A model generated the notes under the pieces. The model had not been told where the DNA came from, ran no database searches, and saw only the letters and a list, made by a program, of their open reading frames with translations. A stretch of DNA of 64,000 bases from Eubacterium sp. (GTDB taxonomy: Bacteria; Bacillota; Clostridia; Christensenellales; CAG-314): the NCBI GenBank assembly GCA_963653425.1, contig CAVJWC010000005.1:937-64936 (forward strand), written 5' to 3'. Below, one piece after another: positions 1 through 8,894 of the stretch. The position numbers and the translations under genes were made by a program. Within the stretch, counting starts at the first letter, position 1, and every line of letters starts with the position of its first letter.

Positions 1-205
1 CAAAAAACCGAAATTTTATAACGACAGCCTTACGTTAAGGTCAGCGTTCCTTCTTATAGCCGAATGTGCGGAAACTCAGGCGATAAAGCGGGAACGCTTT
101 TTTTATAAACCGCGTTTATTTAGTTGGCAGGGCGCGCCGAATGTGGTAATATTTGTATGCTCGTTTACGGACGACGTAATCAGAGCGGACGGAGGAATAA
201 AAACC

Positions 206-952
206 ATGAACGAAAATAAATTCGACGGAAAAGCCGAAGTTTACGAAAAATACAGACCGAATTACCCCAAGGAGCTTTTTGACTGTCTCGAAGGCGAGAT
301 TATAGGCAAAAACAAAGTCGTAGCCGATATTGGTTCGGGGACGGGGATATTTACACGTTCTCTTGCCCGTTTTTCGGGTAAGGTTTACGCCGTCGAACCG
401 AGCGCGGATATGCGCGCGTCTGCCGAAAAGACCTTCGCGGATTTCCCCAATATAGCGAGCGTATGCGGAACGTCGGACGACATCCGGATTCCGACGGAAA
501 GCGTGGATTTCGTGACGGTGGCGCAGGCTTTTCACTGGTTCGACAGAAAGAAGTTTGCGGTTGAATGCGCAAGGATACTTTCTCAGAATAACGCTGAGTT
601 CAACGTGGCTCTTGTGTGGAACGTTCGCGGAAACTCTTGCGTAATGGAAGAAGTTTACCGCGTAAACAAGGCTTTTTGTCCCGAATTCAAAGGTTTTTCG
701 GCAGGAGAAGTTCCCGAAGATACGGCGGATTTTTTCCGCAAGAATTATATATGTAAGACTATCGCAAACCCGACTTTTATAAATTCCGAAGTATTTATAG
801 GTCGTTGTCTGTCCTCTTCCTACGCGCCCAAAAAAGGCGACGAGAACTATAAAGCTTACGTTGACGCGCTTTCCGAAGCTTTTTATCGCCACGAAAAGAA
901 CGGCTTGGTGGAATTCCCCTACGAAACGCGTTGTTTTGCGGGGAAAATATAA
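206..952 (+). CDS. class I SAM-dependent methyltransferase
   Basis: From ORF 143..952. Start moved to ATG 206, 9 nt after GGAGGA (191-196). SAM-binding motif I VADIGSGTGIF and VDFVTVAQAFHWF are typical of Methyltransf_11-type enzymes. Confidence 0.8.
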   Translation: MNENKFDGKAEVYEKYRPNYPKELFDCLEGEIIGKNKVVADIGSGTGIFTRSLARFSGKVYAVEPSADMRASAEKTFADFPNIASVCGTSDDIRIPTESVDFVTVAQAFHWFDRKKFAVECARILSQNNAEFNVALVWNVRGNSCVMEEVYRVNKAFCPEFKGFSAGEVPEDTADFFRKNYICKTIANPTFINSEVFIGRCLSSSYAPKKGDENYKAYVDALSEAFYRHEKNGLVEFPYETRCFAGKI

Positions 953-1108
953 AATAATCGGGAAAATACGGACTGAAAAGGAAAGGTAAAATTACGGCGA
1001 CTGAAGGAGGCTTTCTCTTCGTTGTTTTTTGGGATTGCGGGAAGAAAAAACATTTCAGCGGATGAAAGAAAATTTTCCGCGGAAATTTATAAAAGTTATC
1101 GTAATCGC

Positions 1109-1137
1109 TTGAACAAAAAATTTTTTTGTGGTATACT
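1109..1137 (+). promoter_or_regulatory. sigma-A type promoter for the thrS leader
   Basis: TTGAAC, 17-nt spacer, TATACT, with TGn extended -10 (tggTATACT). Sits directly upstream of the T-box leader. Confidence 0.5.
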
Positions 1138-1139
1138 AC

Positions 1140-1420
1140 GGAAAGACGGGGCGAAAGCTGCGTCGCTGAGCTTGGAAAAACCAAGGACAATATAAAGGCG
1201 TTGAAGGAAAGAGTAATCGCATAGCCTACCAAAGAGAGAGGAAGTCGTGGCTGTAAGCTTCCTCGGAAAGAATGCGACGAAGACCGCTCCCGAGCCGCGT
1301 GCGGAAAGGGTAACCGTTAAGTGCGCCGTGAGTCTGCGAAAAGGACGGAAAATAAGTTAAAAACAAGGTGGAACCGTGCCGCACCGCACCCTTGACCGTA
1401 AGGTCGAAGGTGCTTTTTTA
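1140..1420 (+). promoter_or_regulatory. T-box leader (tRNA-sensing riboswitch), presumably Thr-specific
   Basis: AAGGTGGAACCGTGCC at 1365-1380 resembles the T-box consensus GGGTGGTACCGCG. It is followed by a terminator hairpin at 1386-1413 plus a T6 run that can alternate with a T-box antiterminator. AGAGA/GA-rich stem I elements are present. ACC triplets lie at 1228 and 1283. The element is directly upstream of thrS. Confidence 0.75.
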
Positions 1421-1446
1421 TATTCAACGAACAAGGAGGCAAACTC

Positions 1447-3210
1447 ATGAAAATTATTATGCACGACGGATCGATAGCCGAATATACCTTTGAAGACGAA
1501 ATCGGCAGAAATTCTCTGCGTCACACCGCGTCCCATATACTTGCGCAGGCGGTAAAACGTCTTTATCCCGAAACCAAACTCGCTATAGGTCCTTCCATTA
1601 AAGACGGATTCTATTACGACTTCGACAGAGAAGAAGCTTTTACGGAAGAAGACCTTGCCAAAATCGAAGCGGAAATGAAGAAAATCGTTAAGGAAAACTA
1701 CAAGCTCGAACGCTTCACTCTTCCGAGAAACGAAGCCATCGCCTTTATGCGCGACCTTAACGAACCCTATAAGGTGGAACTTATCGAAGACCTGCCCGAA
1801 GACGAAACCATAAGTTTCTTCAAGCAAGGCGAATTCACCGACCTTTGCGCAGGCCCTCACGTAACCTATACCTCAGCCGTAAAAGCTTTTAAGCTTACCT
1901 CCATTGCGGGCGCTTATTGGAGAGGAAGCGAAAAGAACAAGATGCTCACCCGTATTTACGGCACGGCTTTCGCTAACAAAACCGAACTCGACGAATATCT
2001 TACCCGTATGGAAGAAGCCAAAAAGCGCGACCACAGAAAGCTGGGCAAAGAACTCGGACTTTTCCGCATTATGGACGAAGGCCCCGGATTCCCCTTCTTC
2101 CTTCCCAAGGGACAGGTTCTCAAAAACATTCTTATCGACTACTGGCGCGAAGTTCATACGGCGGCGGGATACGTCGAGATTTCCACGCCCATTATGCTTA
2201 ACAAGAGCCTTTGGGAACAGTCGGGACATTGGGACCACTACAAAGACAATATGTACACCACGGAAATCGACGATACGACTTTCTGCATAAAGCCTATGAA
2301 CTGCCCGGGCGGACTTCTCGTTTATAACTGCGAACCCCGTTCTTACCGTGACCTTCCCATGAGAATAGGCGAACTCGGACTGGTTCACAGACACGAAAAA
2401 TCGGGCGCGCTTCACGGACTTATGAGAGTTCGTTGCTTCACTCAGGACGACGCTCATATCTTTATGACGGAAGAACAGATTACCGACGAAATCATGGGCG
2501 TTGCCCGTCTTATAGACGGCGTATATTCGCTTTTCGGCTTCAAGTATCACGTTGAACTTTCCACCATGCCCGAAGACCACATCGGTAGCGACGAAGATTG
2601 GGAAATGGCTACTTCCGCGCTTAAAAACGCTCTCGACAAACTCGGACTCAAATACGCTATAAACGAAGGCGACGGTGCGTTCTACGGACCCAAGATCGAC
2701 TTCCATCTCGAAGATTCCATCGGCAGAACGTGGCAGTGCGGAACAATTCAGCTCGACTTCCAGATGCCCGTAAGATTCAACGCCGAATACACGGGTAAAG
2801 ACGGACTGAAACACAGACCTATTATGATTCACAGAGTATGTTTCGGTTCTATCGAAAGATTTATAGGTATTCTTATCGAGCATTACGCAGGTAAGTTCCC
2901 CGCATGGCTTGCGCCCGTACAGGTCAAGATTCTGCCCATTACCGACAGAAACAACGAATACAGCGACGAAATTCTTTCCATGCTCAAAGACTGCGGAATA
3001 CGTTGCGAGATAGACAAACGTCAGGAAAAGACGGGCTTCAAGATAAGAGAAGCTCAGCTCGAAAAAGTTCCGTATATGCTCGTTCTGGGCGACAAAGAAC
3101 AGGAAGACAAGACGGTTACCGTGAGATACCGCGACACCGGCGCAAGCAAAACCCTTTCGCAGGAAGACTTTATCGTCGAACTCATGGACGCTGTCAACAG
3201 CAAAAAGTAA
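1447..3210 (+). CDS. thrS: threonine--tRNA ligase
   Basis: 587 aa. AGGAGG RBS. Class II aaRS motifs HRHEKSGALHGLMRVRCFTQDDAHIF, plus editing-domain and anticodon-binding regions. Short N-terminus without an obvious TGS domain. Confidence 0.97.
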   Translation: MKIIMHDGSIAEYTFEDEIGRNSLRHTASHILAQAVKRLYPETKLAIGPSIKDGFYYDFDREEAFTEEDLAKIEAEMKKIVKENYKLERFTLPRNEAIAFMRDLNEPYKVELIEDLPEDETISFFKQGEFTDLCAGPHVTYTSAVKAFKLTSIAGAYWRGSEKNKMLTRIYGTAFANKTELDEYLTRMEEAKKRDHRKLGKELGLFRIMDEGPGFPFFLPKGQVLKNILIDYWREVHTAAGYVEISTPIMLNKSLWEQSGHWDHYKDNMYTTEIDDTTFCIKPMNCPGGLLVYNCEPRSYRDLPMRIGELGLVHRHEKSGALHGLMRVRCFTQDDAHIFMTEEQITDEIMGVARLIDGVYSLFGFKYHVELSTMPEDHIGSDEDWEMATSALKNALDKLGLKYAINEGDGAFYGPKIDFHLEDSIGRTWQCGTIQLDFQMPVRFNAEYTGKDGLKHRPIMIHRVCFGSIERFIGILIEHYAGKFPAWLAPVQVKILPITDRNNEYSDEILSMLKDCGIRCEIDKRQEKTGFKIREAQLEKVPYMLVLGDKEQEDKTVTVRYRDTGASKTLSQEDFIVELMDAVNSKK

Positions 3211-3260
3211 CCATATAGCCCGAACGCAATTAAAATCGAATCAATAAATTAAATTCAAGG

Positions 3261-3296
3261 TCATCCGAGGGAAAACGCTCTCGGGTGACTTTTTTA
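3261..3296 (+). terminator. rho-independent terminator after thrS
   Basis: Stem tcatccgag / ctcgggtga followed by cttttttat. Confidence 0.6.
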
Positions 3297-3321
3297 TGCA
3301 GGCATTTTCTTTCTCTCGCGG

Positions 3322-3517
3322 GTATTTTTACGGGAACAAATCGGCTTATCCTTCGCTTTCCTTTAGTACCGCATTCGGTAACTCTCGGACGTTTGCCGTG
3401 CCTAAGCCAAGACAAAGGGCGTGTTTCCGGCGTAAAAAGGCTACGCACCGCAGTTTACTTATTTTAGCGAATAAAAAGCGGTTAATGCGGTAATCGGCGA
3501 TAACGGATTGAATGCCT
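3322..3517 (+). repeat. R-family dispersed repeat, copy 1 (~195 nt)
   Basis: Aligns by eye over its whole length with 7447-7640. Shared blocks: gtatttttac, aaatcggYttatcc, gtaaaaaSgctacgc, gcgaatWaaaagcggttaMtgcggt, ggcgataacgga, gaatgcct. Confidence 0.6.
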
Positions 3518-3626
3518 GAGTTTGAAAACTTAAAAACGACTTATAAAACTCTCTGAAATCGACAAAAAAATACGTAAATATTACGCGAAAGTCGGTAAGT
3601 GTATGGTATAATAAAACAAAACCAAC

Positions 3627-3745
3627 TGTTTCGGGCAAAAACAGATTAAGGAAATCAATGTTTCGGTCAGAAACAGATTAAGGAAACCACAGTTTCGGGT
3701 AAAAACCGATTAAAGAAAACAAACGGCTTCGGTAAAGACGAAGTT
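3627..3745. repeat. degenerate tandem repeat (~33 nt x3)
   Basis: tgtttcgggcaaaaacagattaaggaaatcaa / tgtttcggtcagaaacagattaaggaaaccacag / tttcgggtaaaaaccgattaaagaaaac. Confidence 0.6.
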
Positions 3746-3803
3746 TCGTTAAACCGAACCGAAAGGTTACGAACGACACGAAAGACAAAGCGGGGGAAAA
3801 GAC

Positions 3804-4733
3804 ATGGAAAAGACGGCGGAAGTTATTGCGCACATAAAGTCGCTGTTAAAGGCAGGCGGAATAGAGTATTATTGCGCCGATTACGAAGAGGGCGAAAATT
3901 ACCCGAGCGACGACCGCAAAGAACGCGAAAACTACCGAAACCGCGACGACTTCACAAAAAGCGGAAAGTGCGGAAATTGCGAAAAGGACAACGATTGCGG
4001 AAACTGCGGAAAACGCGACGTCGTTCTGCTTTTTCTTGCGGGATACGCACCCTACGATTTTCCCGAAGACTGCTACGAAATCGACGCCTATTACACGGCT
4101 TCCAACTCGGCTTATTCGGCGGAAAAGGAGATTATCGCCTACCTTTCGGGGCTTAACGTTTCCTGCGACTTTTACCGCGGAAAGAATCTCAGAAGCCTTG
4201 CCGAGCGTAATTCTCTCGGAAAGCGCGCGCTGAGCGGTTTTATCTACTGCGACGACTACGGAACATATTGTTTTATAGGAAGTCTTCAATTGAGCGGACT
4301 TTCCAAGGAAGACGCGGAAGCTTTCGTCAGGGAGTTTTCCCGTATTCCCGAAGTTACCCGCGTTTGCGGAGGGTGCGGAAAGTGCGTGGAAGCCTGTCCC
4401 GCGGGAGCCGTTCCGAATAAAAAAGAGAAATGCCTTAGAAATATTCAGGAAAACGCGCGGAAAGGTCTTGCCTCGGAAATGAAAGACAACGCCCGTTTCC
4501 TCGGCAAAAAGCTTTTGGGTTGCGGAATATGTCAGTCGGTCTGCCCGATAAACGCCTGCGTAAAAAAAGCCCTTCTGCCCGAGAACCTGAAAAACCTTCT
4601 TCAGAAAGACAACTTCGAAATTGCCATTAAAAACAACGACTTAAAACCGCTTAAACCGATAATCGGCAGTAATTACGCCCGACAAAGCGTACTTGCGCCC
4701 ATTTTGGAACTTATTAAAGGCGGAAACGCTTAG
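3804..4733 (+). CDS. 4Fe-4S dicluster-domain protein, QueG/reductive-dehalogenase-like
   Basis: Two ferredoxin-type motifs, CGGCGKCVEACPAG and CGICQSVCPIN, in the C-terminal half. Extra Cys-rich acidic insert CGNCEKDNDCGNCG near the N-terminus. GGGGGA RBS. Confidence 0.55.
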   Translation: MEKTAEVIAHIKSLLKAGGIEYYCADYEEGENYPSDDRKERENYRNRDDFTKSGKCGNCEKDNDCGNCGKRDVVLLFLAGYAPYDFPEDCYEIDAYYTASNSAYSAEKEIIAYLSGLNVSCDFYRGKNLRSLAERNSLGKRALSGFIYCDDYGTYCFIGSLQLSGLSKEDAEAFVREFSRIPEVTRVCGGCGKCVEACPAGAVPNKKEKCLRNIQENARKGLASEMKDNARFLGKKLLGCGICQSVCPINACVKKALLPENLKNLLQKDNFEIAIKNNDLKPLKPIIGSNYARQSVLAPILELIKGGNA

Positions 4734-4747
4734 TATAAGGAGAAAAC

Positions 4748-6223
4748 ATGAATATTTACGCGCCGTTAAGAGCCTTAGCAGAAACGGAAAACCTTCCCCA
4801 AACGCCCTTTTTCAGCAGAATTCAGGTGAATTCCGAAGCGGAAGTTTACGCCGTTGATTCCGACAGGTTTATCGCGGACGGCGCGGAAACCGACGCTCAG
4901 CGGAAAAGCAACCGAATGGCGATTTTTACGGAAACAGCTCGGAAACTTCTCGTTTTCGGACAGAAAACCCTTATAATTTCGGCTGAAAACGACGGACTTT
5001 TTGGCGACGCGAAAAGCGCGTTCCGAAAACGCATTTCCGTGAGCTGTTTTTCGCTTTCGGACGGGCGCGAAAGCTCTTCCGTTAAAGCTTGCAATCTCGG
5101 CTCATTTTCCGATGAAGAAGCTTCCGTTAACGCCGGCAACCTCGGCTTGCTTTCCCTAAAAAACCCCGATAACGAAGATTACTCTTCCGAAAACGCACGC
5201 GAACGTAGCGAAACCCCGTTTATTTCAGGCGAAGAAGCTTCCGTTAACGAAACTTCCGCTTATTCTCATTCGGAAAATGCCCGAAAAAACACTGCTTTTA
5301 TCTATACGGAAGAAGACTATCTGAGGCTAAAAAAGGTTATGGCTGAAAACGACGACGTGCGTTCGATATTCGTAATAGGTTCGTCCGAAGAAGTCAATCT
5401 GGCGAAACGGCTTGCCTGCGAATTTTCTCTGCCGTTGTCGGTTTTTCTGACTTTACCCGACGGCGATTCCGTTCTTTCGCCTTATTTTCTTATAAGAAAA
5501 GAGGGCAGAGCCGACCTTATCCCCTGCGACGTCCCGAAATTCGTGTTTTTTGACGTTGCGTCGCCCCTTTCGGAGCAGAATATGCGGACGGGAACGGGTT
5601 TTGTCGCCAAAGCTCTTACGGCTCTTCCCGAAGCGGAATATCTCGGCGGTGATTTCGAACCCGACCTTCTGAGCGTTATAAAAGACTGTCTTTTTACCGA
5701 TTTCACAAAGCCCACCGCCCCCAACAAACTCCTTTTACACGCGTCGCTTCTTAAAATTTCCGCCCTTAAAAACGCAGAAAACCGCTTTCTCTTTACTCCC
5801 GCCGACTGTCTTATTGAAACGCTCGGCTTTTACGGCGTTAACGGCAAAGCTTACGCTTACGTCTGCTCCCGTCTCATTGCCGAAGTCTACCTCGGCGTTC
5901 TTTCTGCGCCCGACCTTACACTGACCTTACCGCCCGATCCCGTAAGTCAATTCCTTCGTCTTAAACGTATCGGCGCGTCTCCCCGTCTCGTTCCGTCTCC
6001 CGCGAAAACCCTTGACTTTCCCTTTTTTACGGCAAAAATCGATAAACTCGTAAAAAGCCTGTCGATGTTCGAAGCTTCCTGCAACGGCGGAAAACTCCCA
6101 CTGACAGGAAACACCCTTGCGGACGCCCTTTTAGTTTCCGCCACAGTAAGCCCAAACAACTCCCTCCTCCGCGAAGTGTATTCCGCAGGATTTTTTCCCT
6201 GCTTTCTTCAAAGAAGAAAGTAG
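4748..6223 (+). CDS. hypothetical protein with internal repeat-encoded low-complexity insert
   Basis: 491 aa. AAGGAG RBS 7 nt upstream. 14 nt downstream of the previous gene, so likely co-transcribed. EEASVN repeats are encoded at about 5070-5290. No family recognised. Confidence 0.6.
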   Translation: MNIYAPLRALAETENLPQTPFFSRIQVNSEAEVYAVDSDRFIADGAETDAQRKSNRMAIFTETARKLLVFGQKTLIISAENDGLFGDAKSAFRKRISVSCFSLSDGRESSSVKACNLGSFSDEEASVNAGNLGLLSLKNPDNEDYSSENARERSETPFISGEEASVNETSAYSHSENARKNTAFIYTEEDYLRLKKVMAENDDVRSIFVIGSSEEVNLAKRLACEFSLPLSVFLTLPDGDSVLSPYFLIRKEGRADLIPCDVPKFVFFDVASPLSEQNMRTGTGFVAKALTALPEAEYLGGDFEPDLLSVIKDCLFTDFTKPTAPNKLLLHASLLKISALKNAENRFLFTPADCLIETLGFYGVNGKAYAYVCSRLIAEVYLGVLSAPDLTLTLPPDPVSQFLRLKRIGASPRLVPSPAKTLDFPFFTAKIDKLVKSLSMFEASCNGGKLPLTGNTLADALLVSATVSPNNSLLREVYSAGFFPCFLQRRK

Positions 6224-6247
6224 GCAAAGAAGCCTACCTTCCTTATT

Positions 6248-6273
6248 CTTCTTTCTTCGTGAGAAGAAAGAAG
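6248..6273. terminator. H-family hairpin acting as a probable bidirectional terminator
   Basis: cttctttcttc-gtga-gaagaaagaag (11-bp stem) between two convergent stop codons (6223 and 6287). The same unit recurs at about 53120-53150. Confidence 0.6.
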
Positions 6274-6286
6274 GAAAAAAGGAACT

Positions 6287-6823
6287 TTATTCTTCTTTAA
6301 GAGTTTCTATGATTTCGCCGATATAGAAGTCGTGGAAGTCTTTTTTGGGATAATTTTCCGTTATGAGAGATTTATCGGCGAAGTTATTTTCGAGGATGGG
6401 TGCGGAGTACATTTTTCTGCACACGAAAACGAGTTTAGCTTCGGCGACGGCGACGGTTTGACCTATGGAGAGGGGGTGAAGTCCGCAGGCGGCGAGTTTA
6501 TCGGGGTAATTTCTGCCCGATTCCGAGCCGAGGAAGAGGAGTTCTTTTCTGTACTTTTCATCGAGAACGGAAAGTGTGAAGAAAGGGCTTTGGTCGATAA
6601 AAGCCTTGGTGAATCTTTGCGGTCTTACGTAAGCCGTAGCGACGGGCAGGCTTCCTTTCGTTTCGGAAGAACCGCACGACCAGAGACAGCCGAGTTGTCC
6701 CCAGGAAACCGTCATGGAATTGAATTTTTCCGCGTTGCCTGCGGTTAAAACCATCCAGTCTTCGTTGAAAATTTTATGCGGATTAAAAGAAAGCTCGTCG
6801 AAATTTATTTTTTTGAACGCCAT
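6287..6823 (-). CDS. flavin reductase-like (Flavin_Reduct domain) protein
   Basis: 178 aa. GGAGG RBS. WMVLTAGN...NSMTVSWGQLG and GSESGRNYPDKL resemble the flavin reductase / FMN-binding split-barrel family. Confidence 0.7.
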   Translation of the reverse strand: MAFKKINFDELSFNPHKIFNEDWMVLTAGNAEKFNSMTVSWGQLGCLWSCGSSETKGSLPVATAYVRPQRFTKAFIDQSPFFTLSVLDEKYRKELLFLGSESGRNYPDKLAACGLHPLSIGQTVAVAEAKLVFVCRKMYSAPILENNFADKSLITENYPKKDFHDFYIGEIIETLKEE

Positions 6824-6849
6824 TTTTGATTATCCTCCCGAAAGTAATC

Positions 6850-7060
6850 GTCCGCTTTAAGCCGAGTCCGAATCGCAATCTCGCTGAATTCGCAAACTCT
6901 TGGGTGTTGCAATCTCGTTGAATTTGAAATTCGCAAACTCTTTGAATTTAGAATTTTTTTGAATTTGGAATTCGCAAGTTCTTTGAATCGCAAGTTCTTT
7001 GGTGTTGCAAGCTTTTTGTTTTTGCAATTTCGCTGAATTCAAAGTTCTTTGAAACCGTTT
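6850..7060. repeat. tandem array related to the H family
   Basis: Repeated gaattcgcaaactctt / cgcaagttctttg / ttgcaa units. gcaagttctttgg is also a conserved H-family module. Confidence 0.5.
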
Positions 7061-7129
7061 TGCGCGCGACCGTTCGGTGTGTGCGGACCTGACGAAAGTA
7101 TACCATATAACGCAAAGGCTGTCAAGACG

Positions 7130-7365
7130 GATTTTTAGCCGAAAAAGGAAGGTTATCGTAATAAAAAAGCGTTTTTAATACGAAAAAACGACCGTCGCTG
7201 TCAATGTTTTTTAAGTCCGAAAAAAGAAAACGTTATCGCAGTCAAGGTTTTTAAGCAAAGAAACGACTATCACAGTCAAGGTCTTTAAGACTAAAAAAAG
7301 ATTATCGCAGTCAAAGCGGCTTTTAAGCAAAGAAAGACTATCGCAATTAAAACGGATTTCTGTCC
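7130..7365. repeat. degenerate tandem repeat (~42 nt x5)
   Basis: Unit (a/t)tatcgcagtcaaggtttttaagcaaagaaacgac repeated five times with drift. Followed by hairpin agaggaacc-cgaa-ggctcctct at about 7365-7392. Confidence 0.6.
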
Positions 7366-7446
7366 GAAAAGAGGAACCCGAAGGCTCCTCTTTGGATTAT
7401 CGTTTTTTGCGGTGATTTCAATCGTTTGGCATTCCCTGCAACACCC

Positions 7447-7640
7447 GTATTTTTACCTGAATAAATCGGTTTATCCGTCGCCGTTTCCGTCTTACGCACG
7501 TAAAGTACGCCGTCAGCCCAAAGCCTCGGTTAAGCCGGGCAGTGGTTTCTTCTCCGTAAAAACGCTACGCGCTACGGCTGTATATTTCGGCGAATTAAAA
7601 GCGGTTACTGCGGTCGTTGGCGATAACGGACGGAATGCCT
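7447..7640 (+). repeat. R-family dispersed repeat, copy 2
   Basis: Collinear with 3322-3517 (see that entry). Overlapping ORFs 7412..7744 and 7513..7737 are judged non-coding. Confidence 0.6.
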
Positions 7641-7795
7641 TACGAAAGGGCAAATTTGCCGTTCGGGAGGATAAGCCGAGTATATCCGAAAAACAGGGTG
7701 CGGAAGTTAAAAGCCAAGCGGTAACGCGAAAAACCAAACGTTAAGCTTTACGTAGCTTAATGCACGCGTCGGGTGGCGTCCGTTACGCCTGAATA

Positions 7796-8650
7796 CTACA
7801 CCGTACCCGAGACGGTCAGGACGGTAGTTCCCGGGGTGACGGTATATGCGCCCGTGGCTTCGTTTTGGGTGAAAGTCGCTTTGGGAACGGTTATCCTGCC
7901 GGCTACGGTAGCGAAAACTCCGCCCGAAGAGTCGTAGGTGTAATCGTCGTTCACCGAAAGAATAGAACCGTCGAGACTTACCGTAAGGTTACCGAGAACG
8001 GGACTGAACGTGTCGCTTACGACTGCGTTGGCGGAAGCCGAAGCTTCGGTGTTGCCGTAATTCTGTATAACGAAAGTATAAGTCAGCGTTCCGGCACCGC
8101 TTACGGTTGCGGGTTCCACGCTCTTGACTATGGCGAGTTCCGGATCGGAAGAAGCGTTTACGGTTGCTGAGGCGGAGAGGGGAGAAGTTATGCCCGTACC
8201 CGTAATCGTAGCCGTGTTTTCTATGGTCGAACCGAGAGCCATGGGCGCGTATTCGGTAAGGCTTGCTTCGTAGACGAGAGAAGCGTTGCCTCCTGCGGGA
8301 ACGGTTATTCCCGAGATAACGAGAGGCGGTCCCGCGGTAACGGAAGGCGCGCTTTGAAGAACGCCGTTGACGTAAAACTTTATCGAGCCGTTCACGTAGT
8401 TTAACGGGTATACCGTGCCTGCGTTGAATTCGTAACCGCCGAGATTATCGGAAAGGCTTATTCCCGTGAGCGCGACCGCTCCCGAATTTATGAGATTTAT
8501 AACGTAAGCCAGGGTATTGCTCTGCGAATAATTACTGCGCACGGCGTCTTTCGACGCGGACAAAGCCTCTACGAGATTGCCCGTCGTCGTATTGGAATTT
8601 ATCGTTCTGTTGTTATAAGTGAGCTGAGCCTGATTGGTAAACTGTGCCAT
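7796..8650 (-). CDS. DUF11 / conserved-repeat-domain (TIGR01451-like) protein without signal peptide
   Basis: Start moved to ATG 8650 (MAQFTNQ), 9 nt after GGAGG. The motif ELAIVKSVEPATVSGAGTLTYTFVIQNYGNTEASASANAVVSDTFSP matches the DUF11 repeat pattern. Thr/Ser/Asn-rich beta-type sequence with no N-terminal hydrophobic segment. Confidence 0.65.
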   Translation of the reverse strand: MAQFTNQAQLTYNNRTINSNTTTGNLVEALSASKDAVRSNYSQSNTLAYVINLINSGAVALTGISLSDNLGGYEFNAGTVYPLNYVNGSIKFYVNGVLQSAPSVTAGPPLVISGITVPAGGNASLVYEASLTEYAPMALGSTIENTATITGTGITSPLSASATVNASSDPELAIVKSVEPATVSGAGTLTYTFVIQNYGNTEASASANAVVSDTFSPVLGNLTVSLDGSILSVNDDYTYDSSGGVFATVAGRITVPKATFTQNEATGAYTVTPGTTVLTVSGTV

Positions 8651-8894
8651 ATAAATTACCTCCACTTCTGTGTTAAGAGAGTTGCTCTCTAAGATATTAT
8701 ATTAGCGGAGGCTTTTTTGTGATTACCGGTAAAAATCAAATAAAATTACGCCGAAAAAAAACGAAACGCAGAGCGACTGCTTTTATCGGGAGTTCCCGAG
8801 GAAAGGTAAAAACGCATAAAAAAGGAGGCTTTCCTTTCGGGAAGCCTCTTCTTTGTTTCAATTTATTCGGTTCAATCAAAACGCGTTTAAGGTA

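Noticed and set aside
116-892. 258-aa minus-strand ORF
   Set aside because: Antisense to the SAM-dependent methyltransferase, with no motifs. The same shadow-ORF phenomenon. Similar cases are 1873..2883, 30775..32067, 32083..33027, 33142..34293, 34516..35976, 42016..42975, 48672..49952, 51473..52402 and 58437..59711.
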